A stretch of DNA of 60,537 nucleotides from a bacterium (GCA_021780115.1 JAJXZI010000022.1:1-60537), one strand, 5' to 3'. Positions 50,139 through 59,991 are shown, counted from the first letter of the stretch. Notes: generated from the letters alone by a model not told the origin. A program made the numbers and translations.

Positions 50139-52604
50139 CTACGAGTCTCGCACGGTCGCCTCCAACCTCTGCTTCAACTCCGTCACCAGCCGGTCGTGGG
50201 CGGCGTTGACCTCCGCATCGGTGAGCGTGCGCTCAGCGTGCCGGTAGGTGAACGCGTACGCCAGGCTCCGCTGGCCCGCCGGGACGTGCCCGCCCCGGAA
50301 CACGTCGAACAACTCCACGCGCTCCAGGTGGGGGGGCCGGGCTTGCCGGACGGCGGCCAGCACGGCGTCGTGCGTCACGGCCTCCGACACGAACATCGCT
50401 ACGTCGCGCCGCACCGACGGAAACGGCGGCAGTGGCTTGAACGACTTGGCCGGGTTGCGCCGGGCGATCAACTCGTCGAGGTCCAACTCGGCCAGCAGGA
50501 CGGCATCGCGCAGGTCATGCTTCCGGGCCAGCGCGGGCAACAACTGGCCCACTTCGCCCAGTTCCCGTTTGCCGCCCAGCAGGACGGCGGCGGACTCCAC
50601 GAGCGTCGCCGAACTCTCACTGCGCCGGAGATATTGCACGCCGCGCACGCCGAACTGATCGAGAAATTCCTCCAGCAGTCCTTTCACGTCGTGAACGTCG
50701 CACTTCGCGCCGCGCTCGCTGCCGCTCCAGAAAGGCGCTGCGCGTTGGCCGGTCAGCGCGATGGCCAGGCGCCGGCCCTCTCTCGGCCGGCCCTGGTGTT
50801 CGCGGAACACGCGCCCCAGTTCGAAGAGCGCCAGGTCACGGTTTCCGCGCGCGACGTTGTGGCGCAAAACGGCAAGCAAGCCGGGCAGCAGGCTCGGACG
50901 CAGCACGTCCATATCAGAGCTGAGCGGGTTGGCCAGCGCGACCCACTCCGCCTCGTGCTCGGTGCATTCGCTTCTGGCCACGAGGGTCTGGCCTTGCGCC
51001 TCGCTCAGCCCCAGGCCGCACAGGATGCGCCGCGCGTCGGCCAGGACGTCGTGAAGCGCATCAAACGAATGCGCGCCGAGCGCGCCGAGCGGCGGCGTGG
51101 CGGGCACCTTCTCCAAGCCGTGCAAGCGTTCGATTTCCTCGATCAGGTCCACCTCGCGTTTCAGATCGACGCGCCAGGTGGGGATGCGGAAGGCGCTCGA
51201 TTCGCCGCTCGGCTTGGTCACCGCGAGGCCGAGGGCGAGCAGGTGCTTTACCTGCTCCGCGGGCGAAATTTCGATGCCGAGAAGTTGGTTGGTTTTGGCG
51301 TGGCGGAGCGTGATTTCCTTCGGGGCAATGGGTTGCGGGTAGGCATCCACGACGCCCCCGGCAAGTTGCCCGCCGGCGGTTGCCAGGATGAGCTGGGCGC
51401 AGCGTTGGCTCGCCCAGTCCACGATGCCGATGTCCGCGCCCCGCTCGAAGCGGTAACTGGCCTCCGTGCGCAGGCCGAGCGTCTTCGCCGTGCGCCGGAT
51501 GTTGGCCGGCTGGAAGTAGGCGCTCTCGATCAGCACGTCGGTGGTCTGCTCGTTGATCTCCGTGTTCTGCCCGCCCATGACTCCGGCCAGCGCGATGCCC
51601 TTCTGCTCGTCGGCAATGAGCAGCATTTCGCGAGTGAGCGTGTGTTTCTGGCCATCGAGCGTGACGAACCATTCACCATCCCGCGCGCGGCGGATGAGGA
51701 TCGTTGGGCGGGCCTCCGGCGGGCCGGGTGGCGCGGGCTGGCTGGCGGCGCGATTGGATCGGGCGATGAGGTGATAGTCGAACGCGTGCAGCGGCTGGCC
51801 CGTTTCCATCAGCACGTAGTTCGTGACGTCCACGACGTTATTGAGGCTGCGCAGGCCGACTTTCTCGAGCGTCGCCCGGAGCCAGTCCGGACTGGGGCCG
51901 ACCTTCACGCCCCGGACGACGCGTGCCGAGTAGCGCGGGCAAAGTTCGGCATCCTCAATCCGCACGGCCACCAAGTCCTCACTCCGGACTCCGGATTCTG
52001 GACAGCGGACGTCCGGGATTCGCAACGGAGTGCCCGTCACCGCCGCGATCTCACGGGCGATGCCGATGGCGCTGTTGAGGTCGGGCCGATTCGGCGTGAC
52101 TTCGAGGTCATAGACCACATCGCTGCCGCCCCGGCCGAGGTGCTCGGCGAACGGCTGGCCGACCTGCGCGTCGGCGCGCAGGATCATCAGCCCGTCCGCG
52201 TCCTCGGCCAGGCCCAGTTCCTGGGGCGAACACATCATGCCGTGGGATTCGACCCCGCGAATCCGGCCGACCTTGATGGTGAACGGTTGGGTTTCGCCCG
52301 GTTTTAACGGCAGCGAGGCGCCCGGCAGGATCAGCGGCACTTTGTCGCCGGGCTGGAAATTCTGCGCGCCGCAGACGATCTGTCGCTCGCCTTGGCCGTC
52401 GTTCACGCGACAGACGGAAAGCTTGTCGGCGTTCGGGTGCTTTTCGCGCGTGAGGATCTGGGCGACCACCACGCCCTCAAACTCGCCGCCGAGTTTATGC
52501 ATGCTCTCGACTTCGAGGCCGAGCATCGTCAGCCGCTCGGCCAGTTCTTCGGGCGGCCAGTTGAAATCGACGTACTGTTTGAGCCAGTTGAGTGTGACTT
52601 TCAT
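50139..52604 (-). CDS. pheT: phenylalanine--tRNA ligase beta subunit
   Basis: HPNADKL, IVCGAQN, VTPNRPD, SYRFERG, DLIEEI, ferredoxin-fold anticodon-binding domain. Confidence 0.98.
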   Translation of the reverse strand: MKVTLNWLKQYVDFNWPPEELAERLTMLGLEVESMHKLGGEFEGVVVAQILTREKHPNADKLSVCRVNDGQGERQIVCGAQNFQPGDKVPLILPGASLPLKPGETQPFTIKVGRIRGVESHGMMCSPQELGLAEDADGLMILRADAQVGQPFAEHLGRGGSDVVYDLEVTPNRPDLNSAIGIAREIAAVTGTPLRIPDVRCPESGVRSEDLVAVRIEDAELCPRYSARVVRGVKVGPSPDWLRATLEKVGLRSLNNVVDVTNYVLMETGQPLHAFDYHLIARSNRAASQPAPPGPPEARPTILIRRARDGEWFVTLDGQKHTLTREMLLIADEQKGIALAGVMGGQNTEINEQTTDVLIESAYFQPANIRRTAKTLGLRTEASYRFERGADIGIVDWASQRCAQLILATAGGQLAGGVVDAYPQPIAPKEITLRHAKTNQLLGIEISPAEQVKHLLALGLAVTKPSGESSAFRIPTWRVDLKREVDLIEEIERLHGLEKVPATPPLGALGAHSFDALHDVLADARRILCGLGLSEAQGQTLVARSECTEHEAEWVALANPLSSDMDVLRPSLLPGLLAVLRHNVARGNRDLALFELGRVFREHQGRPREGRRLAIALTGQRAAPFWSGSERGAKCDVHDVKGLLEEFLDQFGVRGVQYLRRSESSATLVESAAVLLGGKRELGEVGQLLPALARKHDLRDAVLLAELDLDELIARRNPAKSFKPLPPFPSVRRDVAMFVSEAVTHDAVLAAVRQARPPHLERVELFDVFRGGHVPAGQRSLAYAFTYRHAERTLTDAEVNAAHDRLVTELKQRLEATVRDS
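51981..52008. repeat. degenerate heptamer repeat within pheT
   Basis: ACTCCGG ACTCCGG ATTCTGG ACAGCGG. Confidence 0.7.
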
Positions 52605-52739
52605 GCGTGCATTACCAAGCTGCGGACGCGGAAATTAAGCCATGCGGCCACGCAACCCAAGCAATTGTTGGTCGGCGCGGCAGGCGCGGGCGGGTTTGAA
52701 TTGTGTGCGCGGCTCCGCCATGTTTCTGCCCGTTCACAC

Positions 52740-54290
52740 ATGCAAAACCTGGATGAATTGATTAATTGCCGCTCCGAGCAGGGCCGCAAGACGGTCGAGC
52801 CGTGCTCGATTATCATCTTTGGCGCCAGCGGCGACCTGACTTCCCGCAAACTGGTGCCGGCGCTCTACCAACTGTTCCGCGAGGGGCAGATGCCGGCCGC
52901 CTTCCGGGTCGTCGGCTTCGCGCGGCGCGAGAAAACCGACGCCTCGTGGCGCGTGGAATTGCGGCAGGCGCTGGACCAGTTCTCCCGCACGAAACCGGTG
53001 GAGGAGCCGGCGTGGCAGGCGTTCGCGGCGAACCTCTCCTACTGCCAGGGCGATCTGACGGACGCGGCCGCCTACCAGCGGCTGGCGCAAATGCTCGGGT
53101 CGTTCAGTGGCGGGGCGCTCCAGCGGAATTTGCTGTGCTACCTCGCCACGCTGCCCAGCCAATTCGGAGCGATCGTCGAGCAATTGCACCAGGCCGGGTT
53201 GCTGCACAAAGACTCGCCCGACGGCTGGCAGCGCGTCGTGGTGGAGAAGCCCTTCGGGCACGACCTGGACTCCGCGCGGCGCCTGAACCAGGAGTTGATC
53301 CGGTTCGCCCACGAACGGCAAGTGTTTCGCATCGACCACTACCTGGGCAAGGAGACGGTCCAGAACATCATGATGTTCCGGTTTTCCAACGCGATCTTCG
53401 AGCGTCTGTGGAACCGCGAGGCGATCGACCACGTGCAGATCACGGTCAGCGAGCAACTCGGCGTCGGCCAGCGCGGCGGTTATTACGAAGAGGCCGGTGC
53501 GCTGCGCGACATGGTGCAGAACCATCTGCTGCAGGTGATGTCTCTCGTGGCGATGGAACCGCCCGTCACGCTGGAAGCCGAGTCGATCCGGGACGAAAAG
53601 GTCAAATTGCTGAAGTCGATCCGCCCGTTGCGCCCGGAAGACGCGGGCAAGCAAGTCGTGCGCGGCCAATATCGCTCGGGCACCATCGCCGGCGCGCCGG
53701 CGCCCGCTTACCGTCAGGAGCCGAAGGTCAATCCGGATTCCACCGTGGAGACGTACGCGGCTTTGAAGCTGTTCGTGGACAACTGGCGCTGGTCCAGCGT
53801 GCCGTTTTACCTGCGGACGGGCAAGCGCCTGCCGTTGAGCACCAGCGAGGTGCGCGTCCAGTTCCGGCCGACGCCCAGCGTGCTGTTCGCCGCCCAGTGC
53901 AACGGCGGGTTGGCTCCTAACGCGCTCACGCTCCGCCTCCAGCCCAACGAAGGCATCTCGCTCCGCTTCAACGGCAAAGTGCCCGGCCTGAGCCTGGGCG
54001 CGCGGCCGGTGCGGATGCATTTCGGTTACGACGCCGAATTCGGCGCCTACACGCCGGAGGCCTACGAACGGTTGTTGCTGGACGCGGTCGCGGGCGACGC
54101 CACGCTGTTCATTCGCCACGACGAAGTCGAAACCGCCTGGGGCATCGCCGACTCGATCCGCCACGTCTGGGAAGGCAAGCCGCTGTCGGATGGCGAGTTC
54201 TACGCCGCGGGCACCTGGGGGCCGGTCGCCGCCGATGAACTGCTGGCGCAGAGCGGTCACGCGTGGCGGAATCCACAGCCGATCAAATGA
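52740..54290 (+). CDS. zwf: glucose-6-phosphate 1-dehydrogenase
   Basis: FGASGDL, EKPFG, RIDHYLGKE, RDMVQNH, FYLRTGK. Confidence 0.98.
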   Translation: MQNLDELINCRSEQGRKTVEPCSIIIFGASGDLTSRKLVPALYQLFREGQMPAAFRVVGFARREKTDASWRVELRQALDQFSRTKPVEEPAWQAFAANLSYCQGDLTDAAAYQRLAQMLGSFSGGALQRNLLCYLATLPSQFGAIVEQLHQAGLLHKDSPDGWQRVVVEKPFGHDLDSARRLNQELIRFAHERQVFRIDHYLGKETVQNIMMFRFSNAIFERLWNREAIDHVQITVSEQLGVGQRGGYYEEAGALRDMVQNHLLQVMSLVAMEPPVTLEAESIRDEKVKLLKSIRPLRPEDAGKQVVRGQYRSGTIAGAPAPAYRQEPKVNPDSTVETYAALKLFVDNWRWSSVPFYLRTGKRLPLSTSEVRVQFRPTPSVLFAAQCNGGLAPNALTLRLQPNEGISLRFNGKVPGLSLGARPVRMHFGYDAEFGAYTPEAYERLLLDAVAGDATLFIRHDEVETAWGIADSIRHVWEGKPLSDGEFYAAGTWGPVAADELLAQSGHAWRNPQPIK

Positions 54291-54351
54291 GTCGCTCCGC
54301 CTCCGTTTCCTCGCGCCCAACGCGACTTTTGCCGTCGCCTAAACCGCGCTT

Positions 54352-55110
54352 GTGAGTGCCACGAATTTGCTGCGCTTCCCCGACGCGGCCGCCTTGGCCA
54401 CGGCTGCCGCGCGGGATTGGCTCGCCCAGGTCGAAGCCGTAAACCGTCGCGGGGCCCGCCACTTGGTCGCGCTTTCCGGCGGACGCATTGCCCGGGACTT
54501 CTTTGCCGCCACCGTCGCGGCGGCGGGCGTCCAAGGCGTCTTGTTTGCCTCCGCGCACTTTTTCTGGGCCGACGAGCGGTGCGTGCCGCCGGACGATCTC
54601 GAGAGCAACTTTGGAATGGCACGCGAACTTCTGCTGGGTCCGCTCGGCGTTCAGGATGAAGCCGTGCATCGCATTCCGGGCGAGCTGGACAGCGGGGATG
54701 CAGCGGCGGCGGCGGCGGCCGATTTGTGTCGCCGCGCGCCGGTGAACGCCGCCGGCCAACCGGTACTGGACCTCGTGATCCTGGGGATGGGCGAGGACGG
54801 CCACGTGGCTTCGTTGTTCCCGGGCGAGCCGCCCGATCGATTGCCTTTGCCATTGGTCTATCGTGCTGTCATTGGCCCCAAACCCCCGCCGCGCCGCGTG
54901 ACACTCGGCTATCCTGCCATTGCCGCCGCCAGTCAGGTCTGGGTTCTTGTTTCCGGGCGAGGGAAGGAGGCCGCCTTAGCAAAATCGCTGACCTCCTCAG
55001 GCCAAACGCCGCTGGCGAGGGTCCTGCAAAGCCGTTCCAGCACCCGGATTTACACGGACATTCGCCTCGAGGGAGAATTCTTTGAACAAAATGCCGCGGC
55101 CGGTGTCTGA
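54352..55110 (+). CDS. pgl: 6-phosphogluconolactonase
   Basis: ALSGG, WADERCVP, LGMGEDGHVASLFP, KPPPRRVTL. Confidence 0.95.
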   Translation: MSATNLLRFPDAAALATAAARDWLAQVEAVNRRGARHLVALSGGRIARDFFAATVAAAGVQGVLFASAHFFWADERCVPPDDLESNFGMARELLLGPLGVQDEAVHRIPGELDSGDAAAAAAADLCRRAPVNAAGQPVLDLVILGMGEDGHVASLFPGEPPDRLPLPLVYRAVIGPKPPPRRVTLGYPAIAAASQVWVLVSGRGKEAALAKSLTSSGQTPLARVLQSRSSTRIYTDIRLEGEFFEQNAAAGV

Positions 55111-55166
55111 TTATTCGAACGGACTGAAAGAATTCGCGGTTCGTTTTGGGGTTGGTATAGAGGTTT

Positions 55167-55292
55167 TACTTGCGGCGGGGTTGAACCGCGAACGAGGGAA
55201 GAGTTGGCTCCGCCGCGCTTCTGAGCGCCTGGGTGAAGGCGTTTAAACCTCATCACCACGGGGCCAGAGCTTCGGCTCTGGCCCCTGTTTTT
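55167..55292 (+). ncRNA. candidate small RNA
   Basis: Extended -10 TGgTATAGA (55153-55161), two hairpins, then an intrinsic terminator; no credible protein-coding ORF. Confidence 0.4.
55260..55292 (+). terminator. rho-independent terminator
   Basis: GGGGCCAGAGC-TTCG-GCTCTGGCCCC-TGTTTTT. Confidence 0.85.
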
Positions 55293-55301
55293 AGTTCGGC
55301 G

Positions 55302-55330
55302 TTGTCTGGCCGCAACGGGCAGACTATGCT
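55302..55330 (+). promoter_or_regulatory. sigma70-like promoter of accA (probably leaderless)
   Basis: TTGTCT-N17-TATGCT, 7 nt before ATG 55338. Confidence 0.55.
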
Positions 55331-55337
55331 GGTCCCC

Positions 55338-56315
55338 ATGAAACACCAGCTCGACTTCGAAAAGCCGATTTTGGAACTCGTCGCCAAGCTGGAAGACCTG
55401 AAGAAACATCCGGAAAAGAACGCGGTGGACGTCAGCTTTGCTGACGAAATCCGCCGCATGGAGGAGAAGCTGGCCGCGACCCGCCGGCATGTCTTCTCCA
55501 ACCTCACGGCTTGGCAGCGCGTCCAACTCGCGCGTCACCCGCTGCGGCCTTTCACGCTGGACTACCTCAAGCGCGCGTTCACCGATTTCAGCGAACTCCA
55601 CGGCGACCGGCTCTTTGCCGACGACCGCGCCATGGTGGGCGGATTTGCCCGGATTGAAGACCAGCGGGTGATGGTGATCGGCACGCAAAAGGGCCGCGAA
55701 ACCAAGGAAAACATCCTGCGGAATTTCGGCTCTGCCCATCCGGAGGGCTATCGCAAGGCACTGCGGTTGATGCGGCTGGCAAATCAGTTCGGCCTGCCGA
55801 TCATCACGTTGATCGACACTGCGGGCGCCTATCCCGGCGTCGGCGCCGAGGAGCGTCACATCGCGGAGGCCATCGCCGTGAACCTGCGGGAGATGGTGTT
55901 GCTCGATGTGCCCATCATCGCCGTGGTGATCGGCGAAGGCGGTTCCGGCGGTGCGCTGGGCATCGGGGTGGCCGACCGCGTGCTCATTCTGGAAAATGCC
56001 TATTATTCCGTCATCAGCCCCGAAGGTTGCGCCGCAATTCTCTGGAAAGATCGGTCGGCGGCGGCCAAGGCCGCGGAAGCGCTGAAGATCACCGCCAAAG
56101 AATTGAAGGCCTTGCGGCTGGTGGACGAAATCGTGCCGGAACCGCTGGGCGGCGCGCACAACGACCACCCGGCTGCCGCCACAAAGCTCAAAGAGCACCT
56201 GCTGAAGCACCTCGGGGAACTGCAAAAGCTGGATCCCGCCGACCGGCTTCGGCAGCGGTACGACAAATATCGCGCGATGGGGCATTTTCTCGAAAAGCAG
56301 CCAGCTACGACGTGA
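55338..56315 (+). CDS. accA: acetyl-CoA carboxylase carboxyltransferase alpha subunit
   Basis: LDFEKPI, ELHGDR, PEGYRKA, IDTAGAYPG, GEGGSGGAL, YSVISPEGC. Confidence 0.98.
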   Translation: MKHQLDFEKPILELVAKLEDLKKHPEKNAVDVSFADEIRRMEEKLAATRRHVFSNLTAWQRVQLARHPLRPFTLDYLKRAFTDFSELHGDRLFADDRAMVGGFARIEDQRVMVIGTQKGRETKENILRNFGSAHPEGYRKALRLMRLANQFGLPIITLIDTAGAYPGVGAEERHIAEAIAVNLREMVLLDVPIIAVVIGEGGSGGALGIGVADRVLILENAYYSVISPEGCAAILWKDRSAAAKAAEALKITAKELKALRLVDEIVPEPLGGAHNDHPAAATKLKEHLLKHLGELQKLDPADRLRQRYDKYRAMGHFLEKQPATT

Positions 56316-56451
56316 AGGCCGGGGCAGGCCGGCAGGTTGTCCTCGTCTCGCGATCCGTATTCTGGCTGGGCCGCGGGTTGGAGTGCCAGACCGGTCGCCC
56401 GACCACTTCGCGGGCATCAATATGCGAGAACCTGAAAATCTAGGAAACATT

Positions 56452-57423
56452 GTGCTCTACCCGCTGACCTTTCATCCCATTTTTAAAGAGCGCGTCTGGG
56501 GCGGGCGCAGCCTGGAGACCCTTTACCGCAAGCCGTTGCCGCCGGGACGGCCCATCGGCGAGTCCTGGGAAATCGCCGACCGTCCCGGCGAGGCCAGCGT
56601 GATCCAGAACGGCCCGCTGGCGGGCAAAGATCTGCACTGGCTCATGGAACACCGTGCCGATGAAGTCCTCGGCTCCGCACGCTCGCAAAGCGGCCGGTTT
56701 CCTCTGCTGGTCAAAATCCTCGATGCCGCGGAGCAGCTCTCCCTGCAGGTGCATCCGCCGGCCCGCGTCGCCGCCGTGCTGGGCGGCGAACCCAAAACGG
56801 AAATGTGGTTTATCGCCCACGCGTCGCCGGACGCGGAATTGTTCGTCGGGCTCAAGCGCGGTGTCACTCGAGCGGAGTTTGAGCGGCGAATTCGCGCCGG
56901 CACCGTGGCCGAATGCTTCCACCGGCTGGCCGTGCGGCCCGGCGACGCGATGTTTCTGCCCAGCGGGCGCGTCCATGCCATCGGCGCCGGCAACGTCATC
57001 TTCGAGATCCAGCAGAACTCCGACACCACATACCGCGTGTTCGATTGGAACCGCGTGGACCGCGACGGCCAGGCGCGCGAGTTGCACGTTGCTCAGTCCC
57101 TGACCAGCATCGACTTCGATGACTTCGAACCTTCGCTGATCCCAAGCCGGACGGAATGCCACGCGGCCGGCGGCATCCGCCGGCTCGTGGACGATCCGCT
57201 CTTCCGGGTGGACCACACCTCGATGGAGGCCGCCCGCAGTTTGGCCCTCACCCAACCGGCCTGCGCCATTCTCGGCGTGCTGGAGGGACACATCCGCGTG
57301 GACGGAGCCGGGCAAGCGGTGGAACTGGCCGCCGGCCAGTTCTGCTTGGTTCCCGCCCATGTGGCCGACGCGACGCTGCGCTCCTTGACGGCCGCCAGTT
57401 TCCTCCGGGTCCAGCCGGGTTGA
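56452..57423 (+). CDS. class I mannose-6-phosphate isomerase
   Basis: RVWGG, GESWE, FPLLVKILDA, LSLQVHP, KTEMW, HAIG, EIQQNSDTTYR; ATG 56422 is an alternative start. Confidence 0.93.
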   Translation: MLYPLTFHPIFKERVWGGRSLETLYRKPLPPGRPIGESWEIADRPGEASVIQNGPLAGKDLHWLMEHRADEVLGSARSQSGRFPLLVKILDAAEQLSLQVHPPARVAAVLGGEPKTEMWFIAHASPDAELFVGLKRGVTRAEFERRIRAGTVAECFHRLAVRPGDAMFLPSGRVHAIGAGNVIFEIQQNSDTTYRVFDWNRVDRDGQARELHVAQSLTSIDFDDFEPSLIPSRTECHAAGGIRRLVDDPLFRVDHTSMEAARSLALTQPACAILGVLEGHIRVDGAGQAVELAAGQFCLVPAHVADATLRSLTAASFLRVQPG

Positions 57424-57556
57424 CGGCCGTCCTTGAGACTTCCAGCGCGGACGGCGTCCGTCCACTGGCGGCGGCCGGCAGGCAAAGTGGTTTGGGTTGG
57501 TCCTTGACCCAGGCGCGCCTTTGGCTAATCGTGACGTGGTCATCCAATTGAACTCC

Positions 57557-58321
57557 ATGAACTCAAGAATCACCCGGCGCTGGCTGCTCCTGAGCCTGAT
57601 CGGCCTCGGCCTGTGCTCGTTCGCGTTGCCCAACCGGGGCGCGGAGGGAGCGAAGAAAATCAACGTCCTACTCGTCACCGGCGACGACGTGATGCCGGCC
57701 CACAACTGGCGGGAAGTGTCCCAGGCGATCCGCGAGGTGCTCCTCGCCACCGGCAAGTTCGACGTGCGCCTGTGCGAAGATGCCGGCGTGCTGGACTCGA
57801 CCACCAGCCTGGCGCGCTACGACGTGATCTTCCTCCACCTGTACAACGCCAAGACGCCCACCCTGTCGGCCGGCGCCAAGGAAAACCTGCTCAACTTCGT
57901 GAAGGGCGGGAAGGGGTTCGTGGTGTCGCACCTGTCGAGCGCGTCGTTCAAGGAGTGGGGCGAGTTCGGCAACCTGTGCGGACGTTACTGGGTCATGGGG
58001 AAGTCCGGCCACGGCCAGCGGAGCCCCTTCAAGGCACGGGTCGTGAACCACGACCATCCCATCACCAAGGGACTGGAGGACTTCACGGCGGACGACGAAC
58101 TTTACGCCAAGCTGCTGGGCGACGCCCCCATCAACGTCCTGGTGCAGGCCGATTCCGACTGGAGCCACCGCACCGAGCCGCTGGCGTTCACTCGCGAATA
58201 CGGCCAGGGCCGGGTCTTCCACGAAACGTTCGGGCATGACGCCAGGGCCGTCCACAATCCGACGGTGGAGAAACTCATCCAACGCGGCTGCGAGTGGGCC
58301 GCGACCGGCAAAGTCGAATAA
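57557..58321 (+). CDS. ThuA domain protein, secreted
   Basis: Signal peptide; LLVTG..HNW, DELY, GQGRVFHETFGH. Confidence 0.88.
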   Translation: MNSRITRRWLLLSLIGLGLCSFALPNRGAEGAKKINVLLVTGDDVMPAHNWREVSQAIREVLLATGKFDVRLCEDAGVLDSTTSLARYDVIFLHLYNAKTPTLSAGAKENLLNFVKGGKGFVVSHLSSASFKEWGEFGNLCGRYWVMGKSGHGQRSPFKARVVNHDHPITKGLEDFTADDELYAKLLGDAPINVLVQADSDWSHRTEPLAFTREYGQGRVFHETFGHDARAVHNPTVEKLIQRGCEWAATGKVE

Positions 58322-58381
58322 ACAAGCGCCGTGTCTCTCACGCCGATCCGGCACGCGCCAGACGCCGCCAGATTTTCGAAT

Positions 58382-59119
58382 ATGGATGCCATCATCACGG
58401 AGGAGAGTTTTCTCGACTTCAAGTGTCCGTCTTGCGGCAACCCGGTGTCCTTTCCGCAGGATACCGCCGGCCATGTCCAGGAGTGCCCCAATTGTACGGA
58501 GAGTGTCATCGTGCCCGACGACGGCAGTGAGGCCGGCCGGCCGCTGCCGTTTCCCCTGGCCACGCCGCGGCTGGTGCTGCGGAGATTCCAGCCGGGTGAC
58601 TGGAAAGACCTGCTCGAAATCGTCTCTGACGAGGAGATGTTTCGTTACGGCGAAGGCCGGCCGCTGGGCGAGGAGGAGGTCCTGGGCTGGCTCGAAACGG
58701 ATCGGCACGTGAAGCTGACCACGGCCAACCAGCCCTTTTACCTGGGAATCCAGCTCCCGGACGGCGGCAAGCTCGTCGGCTACGCCACGTTGAGTTTCGC
58801 CGAACCGCAACGGCTCCAAGCCGAGCTTCGCGTCACCGTGGGGCGGGGCCGCCAGCGGACGGGATTGGCGACGGAGGCGGTCGCGGTGCTGCTCAGCTTT
58901 TGCTTCGACGGGATCGCGTTGCACCGGGTGACGGCCCGCTGCGACCCGCGAAATCTCGCCGCCGGCCGCGTGTGCGACAAGGTGGGCCTGCGGCGGGAAG
59001 GCGTCTTCCAGCAAGACCATTTGCTGAATGGCGAGTGGGCCGATACCGCATGGTACGCGATGCTGAACGAGGAGTATCGGGCCGCGGACAACGCTGCTGC
59101 GCCGCCGGGCGCGGCCTGA
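58382..59119 (+). CDS. RimJ/RimL-type GNAT acetyltransferase with N-terminal Zn ribbon
   Basis: CPSC..CPNC; TPRLVLR, GLATEA, N.AAGRVCDKVGLRREG. Confidence 0.88.
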   Translation: MDAIITEESFLDFKCPSCGNPVSFPQDTAGHVQECPNCTESVIVPDDGSEAGRPLPFPLATPRLVLRRFQPGDWKDLLEIVSDEEMFRYGEGRPLGEEEVLGWLETDRHVKLTTANQPFYLGIQLPDGGKLVGYATLSFAEPQRLQAELRVTVGRGRQRTGLATEAVAVLLSFCFDGIALHRVTARCDPRNLAAGRVCDKVGLRREGVFQQDHLLNGEWADTAWYAMLNEEYRAADNAAAPPGAA

Positions 59120-59991
59120 GAGCGTGTCTGAAAATTCGTTTTCTGAGGCATTGGACAGTTTTTGTCCCAGGCGACCAGCGAAGCTGGTCGGATGCAAAAC
59201 TTGTTGTATCCGACGGATTTGAGTGATGAGCAATGGACTCTGTTGCAATTGGTTCTGCCGCCGCGCCCCACGGGCCGACGACGCGGCCGCCCCCCCGGCC
59301 GATTTGCGCCGGATTTGCAACGCCTTGCTCTATTGGGTCCGGGCGGGCTGCGCGTGGCGTCTGTTGCCGCGGGACTTTGGCCGGTGGAAGACCGTTTACC
59401 ATTACTTCTGGCTTTGGAGCCAGCAGGGCCATTGGGACGTCATTCACGACGTGCTGCGCGGCCAAGTGCGGGCGCCGGCTGGCAAACGGAGCCAACCCAC
59501 CGCCGCGATTGTGGATAGCCAGACGGTGCGTTCGGCGGACCAAGCGGGGGAGCGTGGCTTCGACGCGGCCAAGAAAACCAAAGGGATCAAGCGGCATCTT
59601 TTGGTGGACACGTTGGGGCTGCTGCTGGCGGTCTGCGTCACACCAGCCGACGTGCCCGAACGGGCCGACGCCCGCCGCTTGCTGGATGGCGCGCTGGCCG
59701 CGCTTCGCTGGCTGCGCTGTCTTGTGGGCCGACCAAGGCTACGGCGGCGAGGCCTTGGCGGCGTGGGTGGCCGCCCACCGCAAAACGGGCACGCTGCATT
59801 TGGACGTCGTGCCACGAGATAAAAGCCAGCGCGGTTTTGCCACCTTGCCCAAACGCTGGATTGTCGAACGGACGTTCGGGGGGGTTATGAAACACCGCCG
59901 CCTCGTGCGCCCCTATGAAGTCCAGCCTTCCCACGCCGAAGCTTGGCTCCGCATCAGCATGATTGGACTCATGCTTCGCCGACTGGCCTAG
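59120..59991 (+). mobile_element. decayed IS5-family insertion sequence, right end missing
   Basis: Left IR-like GAGCGTGTCTGAAAA after TGA; no inverted copy after the transposase. Confidence 0.85.
59192..59991 (+). pseudogene. IS5 family transposase with two frameshifts
   Basis: YPTDLSDEQW (frame A); GCAWRLLP, IVDSQTV, KRHLLVD (frame B); WADQGY, RWIVERTF (frame C); shifts at C7 59290-59296 and near 59718. Confidence 0.9.

Noticed and set aside
45733-52307. Long antisense or alternate-frame ORFs (for example 45733..48021, 48325..49911, 50040..52307; also 12331..14106, 15120..16991, 25661..27127)
   Set aside because: Shadow ORFs of real genes, expected at high GC; no protein motifs
55220-55240. 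ZTP riboswitch because of CGCCTGGG
   Set aside because: The upstream GACTGGCG element is absent and the downstream gene has its own promoter
59290-59720. Programmed frameshifting in the IS5 transposase
   Set aside because: Two separate +1 shifts would be needed and the right end is missing; decay or sequencing error is simpler
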